Shown: piece by piece, positions 1 to 12,085 of the stretch
Position numbering within the stretch: the stretch's first letter is position 1
How the letters are laid out: each line of letters opens with the position of its first letter
From: Rhodospirillales bacterium
GTDB taxonomy: Bacteria; Pseudomonadota; Alphaproteobacteria; Bin95
NCBI GenBank assembly: GCA_038143065.1
Contig: JAYQLI010000042.1
Coordinates: 1-64,000, forward strand
Length of the DNA stretch: 64,000 nt
Direction: 5' to 3'
Position numbers and translations under genes: made by a program
Notes under the pieces: model-generated
Seen by the model: only the letters and a program-made list of their open reading frames with translations
Databases searched by the model: none
Told to the model about the DNA's origin: nothing

Positions 1-370
1 AAGTTACGTATTGCTCGCCAGACCGGAGAGCAGTTTTACCAACTCCGCCAAACAGAGCTTTTCAAGACCACTATGATCATCATCCAGGTAAAGACGATAG
101 GATAAAAAATTTCGTATAGAAAATCGCCGCACGGCCAGGTCCGGCATATCCAAAAGGGTGCGCCAGAATCTGATCATCCCAGCCCGGAATTGAAGGTGTC
201 GAATTTACCATTTCCAACCAAAACCAAAAGCAATGCCAGACAATAGATCAGTTTGGACGATCCAAGGCTCGGGGAATGGCTGTCTGGATTGGAAGTCAAA
301 GTATAACCGCCTTAAATGTGTCTGGGTGTTTGCTTGGATGCAAGCTCGACCTGCATCCAAACTTTGATCT
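1..370 (-). CDS. TRAP transporter fused permease, N-terminal part (runs off the window)
   Basis: Hydrophobic minus-strand translation (..MVNSTPSIPGWDD..FYPIVFTWMMIIVVLKSS..) directly downstream of the TAXI gene; frameshifted. Confidence 0.55.
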
Positions 371-1444
371 TTACTTACAGTGCACACTCCGGAAGTGCGT
401 AGCCAGCTTCCTGCCAGGCGCGTGCTGCACCGGCATGGTACTCTTACGGGATTGGGGCCGCACATGCCCGGATCCACGGGCACCCAAGGCCTCTAGTCCA
501 ATATTCCGTGCGTAGGGTGCTTTGCCATATATCGCATCGAGTGTTTCAATATGTGCCTTCGTCAGATCATAAGCCAAATCATTGCTCATCGAGGCATTGA
601 CACAATTGCCGCCGACAGAGCCTCGTGTTCGGAATGTGTCATCTTCGGACACAATGGCTCGCATTCTCACCAAGAGTTTGCATTTGAGAGAGTGGCAAGC
701 GTGAAGGGTGCAGACCTCGGGCGCTTCCTTACACGCGCGCTGCATGGCTTCACTCTCAGCCACATCGCCTTCGGAATGGGACCAGAAGGTCATTTTTTCC
801 AGCTGAAAGCGCTTGAAGCGGACGATCCCGGGCGGCACAAATTCGGGCAAGACAGCGGCGTCTGATGTTCCCTTCTGTGATGGTTGTTGCCATCTGGGAC
901 CAATCACTTTGGATCCCACTCGTAGCCCTTGCCCTCTTCCATGCCTGTGATGACCTGGATCAAACCACGCGCCTCTGCTGTCGCACCGCCCCCGTGGCGG
1001 TCCATTCAAAATACGCCGGCCTTCCAAATCGTCCCAGCCCTGAATTCCAACAGTATCATAGGCATAGAGCAGATAGGCGCCAAAAGAATAAGGATATAAA
1101 ATACGCAGATTTGAGGCCAGTTCAGCCCTTTTTCCGCGCCCATGGCCGCGTAAGGGCCAACACCTTTAGACATCAGAAAGGGGAGAACGAAAGGGCATAT
1201 GCCAATATCTGCCTTACCTTCAGCCACCGCCAACGTGGCGTTTGCGCCTGTTTGACCCGAGAGAGTGATTTTGAATATCCGCTATGCCACGCGCTGCGGC
1301 GACTTCAGCCAAATGCGCATGATCGTCAGATGCACGGCAACTCCAGGGGCTGAAGTATGTGCCGTGAGATCTCTTCTTTGGATAAAGCGGGCACAGCCAG
1401 AGCAACGTACCACTAGTAAAAATAGTAAATAAAGTCGTCCTCAT
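371..1444 (-). CDS. TAXI-family TRAP solute-binding protein
   Basis: Signal-peptide-like start MRTTLFTIFTSG; C-terminal MSNDLAYDLTKAHIETLD..KAPYA and H.GAARAWQEAG, typical of TAXI; split over several ORFs. Confidence 0.7.
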
Positions 1445-1497
1445 TTATATTTCCTCCTTGTTTCAGTTGGTATCTAGGTACCAGTCTATTTGGGTCT

Positions 1498-2872
1498 TCA
1501 GTCGTGTTTGATGGATTTGTCAAAATATGGAACCGGTGAAATCTTTGGCGCGGATGCCAACAACCTCATGCTCCTCAACGGTTCGGCGTTTCGAGCTCGG
1601 TTCACTCCCACAATAGCGTGACTTCCCGCCCCATCACAGCCTGCTCTGGCGCGATTAAAGCTGTCGAAAGCACCGCGCCTGCATTGGATGAGTAGGAAGA
1701 CCATTGAGAATGCCAATTGAGATCCATTCAGCTGAACTTCATCATATTCAAAGGTCGCATACATCGGTACAGGTAGAGAAATGAACTTTGGTCCGCGGAG
1801 TTTCTTGTCCCCACAGCGCGGCGCATCACATCGAACACATCCTGATTGTTCCATTCTAGGGTGACTTTAACCCGGTGCGGGTCATCCTTGCGTGATACCA
1901 GGGCCTCGCGCCCCAAGAAATCATGACCGAGATGGACCATCTTGCCATAGCCAAGCTCATTAGGCTCAACGATAATCAGACACGTTGTTCGAATGGAAGC
2001 TCTGCTCAAGGAGGCTGCACCGAAAGATTTTTCTGGCAACCATTCGCGAAACGCTTCATCTCATCGCCGCAATACACTGGTGGGAATGGGCGCGGCATCC
2101 AGCCGGATTCTGTGCGGCAGTTGGGTAGGTGGAGGCGCCAGCTTTGCGTAAATCATAGGCAAGACCAGCCTGCTCCACCTTTTCACGGACAGCTTGCTGT
2201 GCATCCCAAGGCCCATAAATTTCGAACCCTGACGCCCGGCCACCGTGCCGGAGCGCGCGCACCGTATGTCCAGCTTATTTTGACCTTCCGATGTGGAAGA
2301 ATTTAATGTCTGGCAACGGACCTTCGACCACCCTTTGAGCAACGGCAAGGCGTTTGGCCCTGTAACTGAAACCGAACACGTCGCGGCTCGGGCGTGGCAC
2401 GATCATATTTTCGTTGCGTGTCACCCTCAATACGAAGTTGCGATTGTTCTGCATTATATTGCAGCCAATTGTACCACGTGGTGGGCCAACAAACCGCAAA
2501 AAATCATCGGATCTGCAAAATACAATTGCATCTGAGATCAAGTTTCAGACTGGTCGACCATGACCATTGCTTGGCCCGCATCGCATGCAAATCACCCAGC
2601 TTATCGGTTGCAAAATAACTGATAAATTTCAGCACATCCGCACCCCGCAAATGGAGCTCGGTCATATGATAAGATTGAAACCAAATAGAACGACCGATTG
2701 GTGCCAAGCCCGTTGCTCATCGCGCCAATTGGTAAATTCAGGAGGAATTCCAGGAAAGATAACATGCCCTAAACTGAACTGCGTAGCATTTGCAAAACGC
2801 CGCCAGCCTCTACCAATTTTTTCTTCAAGCTTCTATTTTTCATAGCATTTTGAGTATGGATTTGAATTCCAT
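1498..2872 (-). CDS. Aminomethyltransferase-family THF-dependent O-demethylase (LigM/DesA-like)
   Basis: PPEFTNWRDEQRAW, QSYHMTELHLRG, ELGYGKMVHLGHDFLGREAL and VTLEWN motifs across frameshifted ORFs. Confidence 0.8.
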
Positions 2873-3780
2873 TGTAATGGCTTCGCGCCACGATGATAGG
2901 GTATGACTGAAATGTTCTTGCCAATTTCAATTGTCATTAGATCTTCGGCCACGAGAACCGTCCCATCGAATTCTGCAGCGATCTCCGCCATCACCTGTCC
3001 AATCAAAGTACAGGATGGGGCGGAGCAGCACGAGACGAGTGTGAGCATCGCCAGTTTAGGGCGGGTTTGCGCAAAAACGCGCCCCACGTCTTGAGGCGTT
3101 GCGTGGTGGTCGATGGCAATTTTTATTTCCGGGGTTGGCTTCAAAGGTCGCCATGTCGCAGTTAAGACCATGAATAAAAACGTCCGCTTCCTGTGCTTGA
3201 GCTATCAAGTTTTCATTATATCGCGTGTCATGACTGTGGACAAAGATACGACCACAATATTCGACCCTAAACGCATAGGCGGCGAATGAATTCTCCATGA
3301 TCAACTTCAATGGCAATTATCTTCTGAACATTACGATCGAAGCACAACTCCTCCGAATAGAGGTGGGGAATAATTCGCGGCTGTGCTCAGGATCAATTTA
3401 CGATCGGCGACCCCGATGTCACGATCTGACGCGTGACCAACCACGATCCCTTCTTCGGCGATATCGTTCACTCCTGGCGGCCCATAGACATGTAAAGGAC
3501 CACCTCGATTGGCAAAGGGTTGTTGATGGTGCCAGTCATCAATAAATCAAAGAGGCCAGAATACCGATCGGAATGGCAAGGGAGAGAATTACCGTATCCG
3601 TACATCCGAGCGAAAACCCCGCTTGAGACATGCGAATGACCGTCCCACGGCCGCAATCAATCAGACCTTTCATGACCAGCTTCAGATCATAGTGCAAGCG
3701 GCGCCAAAAGCCTGTATATCAGGATTTGGGATCCCCGTACCAAGAAGCGTTATTCGCAATGTATCTGTTTTCGCGTTCAT
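2870..3780 (-). CDS. MBL-fold metallo-hydrolase (RNase Z / AtsA arylsulfatase-like)
   Basis: N-terminal LRITLLGTGIPNP; AYAFRVEY..FVHSHDT; HHATPQDVGRVF..PKLAMLT; F.GTVLVAEDLMTI. Confidence 0.75.
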
Positions 3781-3870
3781 GAAATTTCTCACCCTTAAGT
3801 AAAGCTTGTGAGAAATTTGATATGATGAAAATCAAAATTTAGACCGATCCATAAAAAAATGATATAACTT

Positions 3871-4781
3871 ATGAACCCGAAATATCTCGCACAGCTCGCA
3901 ACGATTGTAGAACTCGGCTCGGTGACAAAAGCCGCGCAAAGCTGAATACAACCCAACCCATTGCCGCACAATTAAGTTGGATCGAGGATCGCGGGCGCCC
4001 GGATCCTACGGCGGGCGTCACGGCGTTACGGCAACTTCCCGAAATCGTCTTCGCTGGCAGAAAGTCAGGGCGAGAGATATTGCGCAGGTCTCACGAGGCC
4101 GAAACAGCCATACGAGAGTGGAGATGGACAAGTTGGCGAAATTAGGATCGGTGTCGGCCCGATGCTTGCCGCAACATTGATGGGGGGATTTTTTTCTCCG
4201 AATGGTTTTGCACCACCCAATTATGGAATTAAAAATCGTTCATGAATATGCTGCACGTTTGGTTGAAAGAGGATTGCATCAAGGTCAACTCGATGTTGCA
4301 ATTATTCCATATGATCTGAACCGAGGTGAAGACCAATTGGTGCGTGAAAAATTATTTCAGGACCAGTTGGCCGTATTCGTTGGCGGAAATGATCCATTGG
4401 CCAATGAAAAAAATGTCGTGCCTCAAAGGTTGGTACACCATAAATGGATCTCGGTCGGTGAAATCTCTGGTCTGTTTTGACATCACCTGCGACACGCTCA
4501 ACCATCTCGGTTTGTCGGATGTGATGCCAACTCTGGAAAACACTGGAGATGTGACCATGACGTTCAGATTCTGAATCAACCCGGTCCTGCAGCGTTTTGC
4601 CATCCCGCATTTTAGGTGGGATTCAGCCCTGCTACAACATCGCACCGGTCGACCTAAACGCGTTGATTTGCTCGCGCGTAATTTTGGCCTTTGGACCACG
4701 AGTTCAAGCAGAGACCTTCTAGAAACCATAGATTTCTCGCATCGCTTAAATATTTACCTTGCCGGAAAAGGATTGAAATAG
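3871..4781 (+). CDS. LysR-family transcriptional regulator
   Basis: MNPKYLAQLATIVELGSVTKAA HTH; substrate domain GQLDVAII..LFQDQLAVFV; divergent from the catabolic operon. Confidence 0.8.
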
Positions 4782-4864
4782 TGTGAGCAGCCCAGAGCGA
4801 GATAGTGGTCAAAATAGGCCACCCATTTTAGCGGGCGACTTTATCGGCTATAGTCCTGAGGAAG

Positions 4865-4993
4865 GGTGCCATCAGACAAATGAGAACTCGCATCGGATTG
4901 CTATCGCAGCCTGAGCCTACGCGCTCAATAATTAGCGCCACTGTTAGACCGCGGTTCGATTGAGCTTGGAAATTGTCCGTTAGTAGAAGTGGC
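4865..4993 (-). mobile_element. IS6-family remnant (terminal IR plus transposase 3' end)
   Basis: GGTGCCATCAGACAAATGAGAACTCGCATCGG matches the IS6 ends at 8133, 13046 and 20313. Confidence 0.7.
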
Positions 4994-5241
4994 TTTCATT
5001 TAGGCTGTATGGCGCAATCTAACCTCCCACACCCAGCCTGCGTAGCGCCTTCAGTGAACCACAGTGGCACCAGCAGGCAAACAGCCGCGTAACCACGCAA
5101 AACCGCACATGTTTGCAACGACAGCGCAGGCGTGCGTGGGCGCTGGCGGAAATAGCGGGTATGGTCAACCAAAGGGGGACGCGGGGGCGAACCATTAATA
5201 ATAATTAACACGTTGATATTTAATATATTTGTGATGGATTG

Positions 5242-5257
5242 TGGTGCCCCCACACGG
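5242..5257 (-). other. Putative att core: 3' end of a tRNA (probably Thr)
   Basis: Minus strand reads CCGTGTGGGGGCACCA (T-stem/acceptor/CCA-like) in AT-rich DNA, with direct repeats AAAGCGGTCC at 5317 and 5331; the Thr identity is from recalled alphaproteobacterial tRNAs. Confidence 0.5.
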
Positions 5258-5363
5258 CAAAAAATTATGTAAAATAAAACATAAAATCAATTACTTAAGT
5301 TGTTAAAATTTTTCAGAAAGCGGTCCCTAAAAAGCGGTCCTCGTCAAACTGGATGCATCGTTT

Positions 5364-5945
5364 TCAGGGCAACATTCTTCCAAGTCTACGCTTAAAGCGC
5401 TTATGCTTTGGCAAGTACCACAAAACCAATCCACTAAAGCCAAATATAATTAGCGCTATTGCCGTAATGTCCGCCAAAACCGTGCCGATACTCCATCCCA
5501 GCCAACCTGTGCGGTGAAACACGCCGAACACATAGCCCCAGTATATCTTTCTATTTTCAAGCGTACCGTCTGGGGCAAACATTTTATTCTGCAAACGTGA
5601 TTTCACATAATAATGGCCGGTATCAGGTACAACAATGATAGAACCGGCCTCACGTTCAAATTCGATCACATCGTAACCATGATAGGTCGTACGTGAAACC
5701 GATTTCATTTTACGATCGGACCAATATCGACGAGCGATTTCTGCGGCGTCCTCTGCCGACAATGGCTTGCTTAGCTTGACGTAATCAGAGGTGTTTTCTT
5801 GGTAACTCTGCAAGGGCAAAATTTTTTCAATTATTCCAGGATGATTTAGATAGAAACCAGTCAAGCCGAAAAGTATTACCCAAGGAAGAGCGATTACCCC
5901 AAACCACGAGTGCAGCGTCCTCGTATATTTTAAGAAATATGCCAT
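5364..5945 (-). CDS. PepSY-associated TM helix domain protein
   Basis: RTLHSWFGVIALPWVILFGLTGFYLNH; ..FHRTGWLG..; SGLVLW. Confidence 0.8.
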   Translation of the reverse strand: MAYFLKYTRTLHSWFGVIALPWVILFGLTGFYLNHPGIIEKILPLQSYQENTSDYVKLSKPLSAEDAAEIARRYWSDRKMKSVSRTTYHGYDVIEFEREAGSIIVVPDTGHYYVKSRLQNKMFAPDGTLENRKIYWGYVFGVFHRTGWLGWSIGTVLADITAIALIIFGFSGLVLWYLPKHKRFKRRLGRMLP

Positions 5946-5952
5946 GATCAAT

Positions 5953-6679
5953 TCACCTTGTCTTTTCTTTTTCTGAAAATTCTGGACCAATCAGAAAATC
6001 GTTTAACGTTTGTGCTGCTTTGTAAATTGGGATCTTGTCAGGCCTATAATCACGCTTGATTTGCCAAATATGGTCTAGCAAAATTCTATGTCCGAATGGT
6101 GCGATCGAGAAAACACCAGATTTTGAATACGCAATTCCATTGCCTGCGAAAAAACTGTCTGGATCAGAAGCCTGGCCGTCTAATCCAAAACTGGTCTTCT
6201 CAATCTTAAGGGCAGACCCAGACAAACAAACTCGGCAGTCTTGGGCAACCAAATCAGCAAATCGTCGGCTAGCACTTGATCGCCGCTACATGCCTTTGAT
6301 AAATTAAAGTGGATTTTCCCTGATTTTTCTGGGCAACGATAAGGTGCGCTTCGCCTTTGTTTTCGTAGGCCGCACAATGAATCAGTCTAGCATTGCGATA
6401 TTTCCTGAGCACAATATAGGCCAAATTCACCAAGAATTCGTTCAATCCGTCTATGACTTCATCGTATTGTTCTGGTTGTGACAGCACGACAGAGTCAATT
6501 GAATAGCCTCCATTTGTGAAAGCAACAGCCAACTGGGCGTTATAATTTGCGTCAGCTTTCGAAATTGACCATCCGTTCAAAACGACGTGCAAAATCGCTG
6601 CAAAATATTTGGGGCAACGGGCATAGATTGTATGCCCATCGCCACTTAGCGCCCATGTCTCTTGTGTGTGATCGACCAT
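5953..6679 (-). CDS. HPr kinase-like (HprK-related) P-loop kinase
   Basis: Merged ORFs give LIHCAA..AQKNQGKST (Walker A)..QVLADD..GLPLRLR, the H/Walker A/DD order of HPrK-like kinases. Confidence 0.7.
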
Positions 6680-6682
6680 GAC

Positions 6683-6956
6683 CTAGCGCCATTCACCGCC
6701 TTTAATTTTGCAATATTGGCGGTTGGAGTTACCTCATTTGAAGCAACCTTTACACTACGACACAACAGGGTTGGGCTAGCTTTTTGTTCCTGTAATCTCG
6801 AACAGTGCGCCGTCCCAATTGATCCTTTTATAACCGTTTGGCCTGGTATCAAGCGCTTCAAACAACATTGGAGCGTCATCTCTTGTATAGGTTTTTCATA
6901 TTGCAGGCAGATAACGAGGCTACAAACAAGGTAAGAAGTAACAATTTTCTTTTCAT
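6683..6956 (-). CDS. Small lipoprotein (surface-antigen-like, Cys pair)
   Basis: MKRKLLLLTLFVASLSAC lipobox; C-terminus LCRSVKV..NRQYCKIKGGEWR*; frameshifted. Confidence 0.6.
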
Positions 6957-7414
6957 TAGTTGAAGCCCGCAAAACATCATCGAGGTCAGAATCGCTCACG
7001 CTCGATAGGCCATCTGAAGTTTCGTTCCGACAAGTTTTCTGTCCATTTGCATCTGTCGCGCAGTAAACACTTGCGCCAGATCCATTGCGGTTTGCTCCGC
7101 TGAGCTGGAGTCGTTCCGCTTGCTCCGCTGGAGTCGTTCCGGCTTGCCCCACTGAATGTTCCGGCTTGCTCCCACGCTGGAGTCGTTCCGGCTTGCTCCG
7201 CTGACGTTCCGGCGACCTCGTTCCGGCTCGACAAACCGGTGTCGAGCGTTGCGACTTGCACCAGAAATCGTTACGACTTGCACCGCCACTACTAGCAACG
7301 AACAGCCGTACCCATTAATGCCAATGTACTTGTTGCTGCAGATGCTAGAACGAGCTGCAAAATTTTTTCTTTCGTAGCAGGATCTTCCAAATTTGGTTTT
7401 TCCTGGCTATTCAA
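6956..7414 (-). CDS. Exported Ser/Gly-rich protein with tandem GASRNDSS repeats
   Basis: Leader KILQLVLASAATSTLALMGTAV, about 9 GASRN(DSS) units, then YCATDANGQKTC and an acidic tail; synonymous codon differences between units. Confidence 0.6.
7069..7285 (-). repeat. 24-nt coding tandem repeat (GGAGCAAGCCGGAACGACTCCAGC), about 9 degenerate units
   Basis: Repeated units are directly visible in the sequence. Confidence 0.8.
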
Positions 7415-7538
7415 TTTGCACACGGACTAGGCTTAGACTATTGAACTTTGATTATATACGGCCACAAATAAGGGTTTTATAACCATGGTTATATAGATTA
7501 ACCTGACTGATTTTTAGTAATATGAGAGAAATAAAGGT

Positions 7539-8064
7539 ATGAATATGGTTAGCCAAGCACAAATTAATTTGGTCTTATTAGTGAAAGCTGTTGCGTTTCT
7601 GTTCTTTCTTTTGATATTATTTTTGTTAGAGACCACATGTTAGAAGCAGTGATGTACGAAACCTTTGGTTTCACACATCTGCTATTTGAAGGTTTCGCTG
7701 TGGTAGCGATTGGTACGGGTATTTGGCTAACTTTTCAGTATCAGTCTGTTTTGAAAGAACAGCTAACAGTGCAGAACAGAACCTTTACTATTTAAGAAAT
7801 GATTTCGACAGTTTGTTGAAGAAAAATTTGAATCTTGGGGCTTTACTTATGCTGAACGAGAAATTGCAATTCTCGTATTACGAGGGTTTCACAAATGCAC
7901 AGATAGCAGAACTACGTGAAACGAAGGTAGGTACAGTGAAAGTACAACTACGTTTGATCCAGAAGACAAATTCTGCTTCTCGTACTGATTTCATGGCTGT
8001 ATTCATGGATGAGTTTTTTAGACTTTGCAGCAGAGAGCCAATAAGAATGGACGGAAATGGTTGA
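7539..8064 (+). CDS. LuxR-type HTH regulator with N-terminal TM helices
   Basis: Two hydrophobic N-terminal segments; C-terminal GFTNAQIAELRETKVGTVKVQL. Confidence 0.7.
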
Positions 8065-8132
8065 TTGGTCATGGGCTTCACACTTACGCCAGGCCCCATG
8101 AGGGGCTGAGCCTGTGTTTTGGGTGTAGAGCT

Positions 8133-8558
8133 GGTGCTGTCAGACGAATGAGAACTCGCATCAGATTGCTAGCGCAGCCTGAACCTATGCGCTCAAAAGT
8201 TGGCTCCACTCAGCAAGAGCGGCGCTTCGATTGATCTTGAAATTGTCGCGTGATAGAGATGGCGTTCCTCGATTTAAATGGCCGTGGAACGAAGAGTGGA
8301 ATTCGCAGCGAATTTATCCAGATATCGGACCAAATCTGTTCCACCAAACCGCACCGTTTCGTGGCTGATCTCAATGCCTCGTTCGTGCATAAGTTCTTCC
8401 AAGTTACGGAGTGAGAGCGGAAAACGAACGTACAGCATCACAGCCAGGCGGATGACCTCAGCTCATGTTTTAAAGTACCTGAATGGGGAGTGTTTTGTCA
8501 TACGGAGAGGCTACGAGACCACCCTGCCCGTCTCAAGCTCGTTTTGTCTGACAGTGCC
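8133..8558 (-). mobile_element. Internally deleted IS6-family element (both IRs, 426 bp)
   Basis: IRs GGTGCTGTCAGAC..GTCTGACAGTGCC; transposase start MTKHSPFRYFKT..LAVMLYVRFPLSLRN joined to its 3' end. Confidence 0.8.
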
Positions 8559-8791
8559 GGCGGTCGAACTCAAAAATGCTGCATTCGATCTAAAGGCGGC
8601 AGAGAGCCCAATGTGACCGATGCTGCGGAGTGCAGGAATGTCCCGGTTTCGGGGAGTTGACAAGATTGCTCGGAAATTCCGGCCCACAGCTGCCATTCAT
8701 CGCGTCCTAGTTGGCGCAGCGCAACTTCACAAGACAAGCCATTCATGCATCCCACAGCATTCGACGATGGACACAATGCGTTGCATCAAAG

Positions 8792-10333
8792 CTATGGCGG
8801 CGCAGCTCTGTATGCGATCAGCGTTTTGGATGCGATATCGCGGGTCGGAAAGGCGGCAAAGTAATGCGCAGCACTCGCATTTGGCTTGCTCTGGCGGACC
8901 TTCTGTCGCCAGCGTGCGGCTGTCTCGTGACGCTCTGCCAGCCCATTTGCAACCATTGCTACCATGGCGATCAGGTAGTGTGCACCAGGCGTGGCGGCCG
9001 CCCGATCGCCCCAGCGGGCGGCGGCGGCATAGTCGCCGGACTGGATGAACATTTGCGACCGGACCCCATGCATGCCGTATAGCAATGGGTCCAGCGGGCT
9101 AAGCTGCAATGCTGTATCCAGATGGACCTCAGTCGCGGCCAAGTTTCCGATCAGCATCGACGTCATGGCTGAAGAATAAAATCCCTGCGCGTAGTTGGGT
9201 TCAGCGTGGTGGCCTGGTCAAGCCATTCCGCAGCTGGCGTCAAGGTCATGGGTCAGACCATTGCGAACGGCCCATGGTGAAATTGGCAAAAGGATCCAGC
9301 GAGTCCAATTCCTGAACCCTCTTTTCGGTATTGAGAGCTGCGCGCAAGCCGCTTCTTTTCACATCGGGCCCAAGATGAAGAAACGCCTCAAGAAAACTTG
9401 TGAAGGAAAAGACCCGCATGCGCGCGCGCAAATGCGGGTCCAGCATGACTGCCCGTTGAAGAGGCCCTTTGCCCGTTGATTGTCGGTGGTGGAAAGCGGA
9501 TAAAGGTGTTGCAGCCCCAGATGATAAATGGTCCAGGCATCCAGCGTCTCGATCGCGGCCATTTGTGCGCTGCGGGCCTCGTTCAGAGGAATGTAAACAT
9601 CCAGCGCCGTGACAAGACGTGCGACGATGCGGTTGCGAAGATCGTCGATTGCATCAAGCGGAGCCCCTGGCCGATCAACCCCAGATCACCCCGTTGGTGC
9701 TGGCGTCAGAAAGTTCGAGCGTGACGGCCAGCCCACTTAAATTCGCTTCGATGATCCCGAAAGGATATAGCGGGCACCAAGTGCGGTTGCGACAAGGTCG
9801 AGGTCCGGGTCGGGTTTGCGGAACCGGGAATGACGACCCACGCGCGATCACCGCCAGCCAGCGAAGACGCGACAACGCCTGAATGATCTCATACGGGATT
9901 GCATTCGCAAGGATGGCAAGCTCCGGCGTCATCGCCAATGGTCGAAACGGCAAACGGCAATCGAGGGCCTTCCTGTTAACCGACTGTTCCGGGTGGCCGT
10001 TGCTGCGGCGGCTTGTGCAGGAGCGGCTTCTACAACCTCCGCCACGAAACGAAAGCCTCTTCCATGCACTGTCCGGATTGTCGTTCGATGATGGCCATCG
10101 TCGCCCACTGCCAGGCGCGCCGACCTGATGCGGCCTGAAATGCTGGCGTCCGACACACTCTGCCCGTGCCAGGACCTTTTCGACGATCTCGTCCTTAGTG
10201 ACCATTCTGTCGTGATGACGTACAAGGAGACAAATAAGCGCAAGAACCTGCGGCTCCAGCCGCACCAACTCGCTGCCGCAGGATAACTCAAATCGTTCGG
10301 GGTCAAGTCGGAAGTTTTAAAAATCCACGCCAT
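8792..10333 (-). CDS. CadC-like winged-helix regulator with TolB-like and TPR domains
   Basis: LEPQVLALICLLVRHHDRMVTKDEIVE, IRTVHGRGFRFV, EIIQALSRLRWLAVIARGSSF, ALQLSPLDP. Confidence 0.8.
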
Positions 10334-10489
10334 AGAAAGTTGTACCGCAAAATTTAAATGTTATGATACCCTATAAATGCAGCCTTCTGATGAAATCTTC
10401 AGAACTCCTTCACATACCCCGGCGAAAAGCGCGAAATTGGGAAAGTTCAGGGCATTGGGCCTTGCTAATCCGATACTGTGGGGGAGCCG

Positions 10490-11571
10490 ACACGCGAACG
10501 CCAAGACCATACGCGCAAACCGGGACGCGGGATGCTGTACAACAGCATTCTGGATACAGTTGGTGATACGCCAGTCGTACGGATCAACAATCTCGCACCG
10601 AATGGGGTGGCCGGGTTTACGTAAAAGCGAAGAATCGTTTAATCCGGGCTGCGTCAATCAAGGATCGGCTGGCGTTGAACATCATTGAAGCGGCAGAGCG
10701 CGACGGCACCCTGAAGCCTGGGCAAACTGTGGTGGGGAGTATGACCAGCGGCAACACTGGCATCGGGCTCGCGATGGTTTGCGCGCAAAAAGCATCCATT
10801 GCTGTGAGCAATGGCCGACAGCTTTTCGGTCGAGCGGCGCCGACTGATGCGGATGCTGGGCGCAAAGGTGGTGCTAACCCCGCGCGCGCAGAAAGGTACG
10901 GGGGCATGTACATGTTGCAGTCGAACTGGCTGCGCGCATGGCTGGTTTCTGGCCCGCCAGTTTGAAACCTCGGCGAATGCGGACATCCATGAATCCACCA
11001 CGGCGCGTGAGATCATCGGCGACTTTGCGGGAGACCGGCCGACTATGTGGGTGTCTGGCTGCGGCACCGGCGGAACGGTTACCGGCCAGCAAAGGTGTCC
11101 TACGCAAAGAGCGGCCAGAGACGCGGATCGTCCTGACTGAACCTGCAAACGCTCAACTGGTCGGCAGCGGCATTGCGCAACCGCGCAGCGCGGATGGTAC
11201 CTACTGCGGGTCACCCAAGCTTTGAGCCGCATCCGATCCAGGGATGGACACCTGATTTCATTCCGAACGTTTTGCAAGAGTGTTAGACAGTGGCGGCTAT
11301 GATGGAGTTGATTCGGTTCCTGGTGCTGACGGCAATGCTTGGGCCAAAAGTTGGCGCAACGCGAGGGGATTTTGACCGGCATTTCAGGCGGTGCAACTGT
11401 CGCTGTGGCGATGGGGATTGCCGAACGTGCAAAGCCCGGGTCGGTGATCTCGCAATGTTATTGATACTGGCGAAAGATACCTGACAACCCCACTTTTGCC
11501 GACATTCCCGAAGACATGGATGCGGATGAGGCTGCGCTGTCGCAATCGACCCCGGATATCAGATGGGCTGA
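10490..11571 (+). CDS. cysK: PLP-dependent cysteine synthase family protein
   Basis: [63 protein letters not shown]; start approximate. Confidence 0.8.
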
Positions 11572-11603
11572 CCCCAGAAAACAAACAGCAATAGGGAGAA
11601 CAA

Positions 11604-11729
11604 GATGAGCAAGCAGGGTATCGCTGGCGCAGAAAAAGCTCGACTCGGGCGATTGGGGCGAGACCCGCGTTCTGGCGCATCGGATGGTCGATGACGCGTT
11701 CGATCACAACAAGACCAAAATCAACTTGA
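11604..11729 (+). pseudogene. N-terminal fragment of a group II PLP-dependent decarboxylase
   Basis: LDSGDWGETRVLAHRMVDDAFDH after a GGGAG RBS, then an abrupt switch to AT-rich DNA. Confidence 0.5.
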
Positions 11730-11740
11730 ATTGAGAAATA

Positions 11741-12029
11741 ATGCAAAAACTATTCATTATTAGGTTCAAACCTAAGCCTGAATGTTTTGATGAATTTGTC
11801 GCTAGTATCACCGCATTTAATGGAAGTAAGCACTGCATTTTCCATCTTATGCAATCAGGAGATGAGCTTCATGCAATTGTGATAAGAAATTCGGAAATAC
11901 TTACTCAAGATGCGGCTGACGGTGTAAGTTGGCTGGATGGTCAACGGCATCTTCTGCAAGAGTTTGATGCGGATCAACCAACACACCATAGCTTTAAGCG
12001 GTGACCTAATTCATAGCACCATCGAATAA
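11741..12029 (+). CDS. Small hypothetical protein (dimeric alpha/beta barrel-like)
   Basis: IIRFKPKPECFDEF..WLDGQRHLLQEF; 3' frameshift. Confidence 0.55.
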
Positions 12030-12085
12030 CAGTTTTTGCAGCCTTCCGCTGACTTAATTTTGGTGCCACGAAATGGAGAACTATA

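Noticed and set aside
7069-7285. Possible CRISPR array
   Set aside because: Units are contiguous 24-mers without unique spacers and vary at synonymous positions, and there are no cas genes; it is a coding repeat
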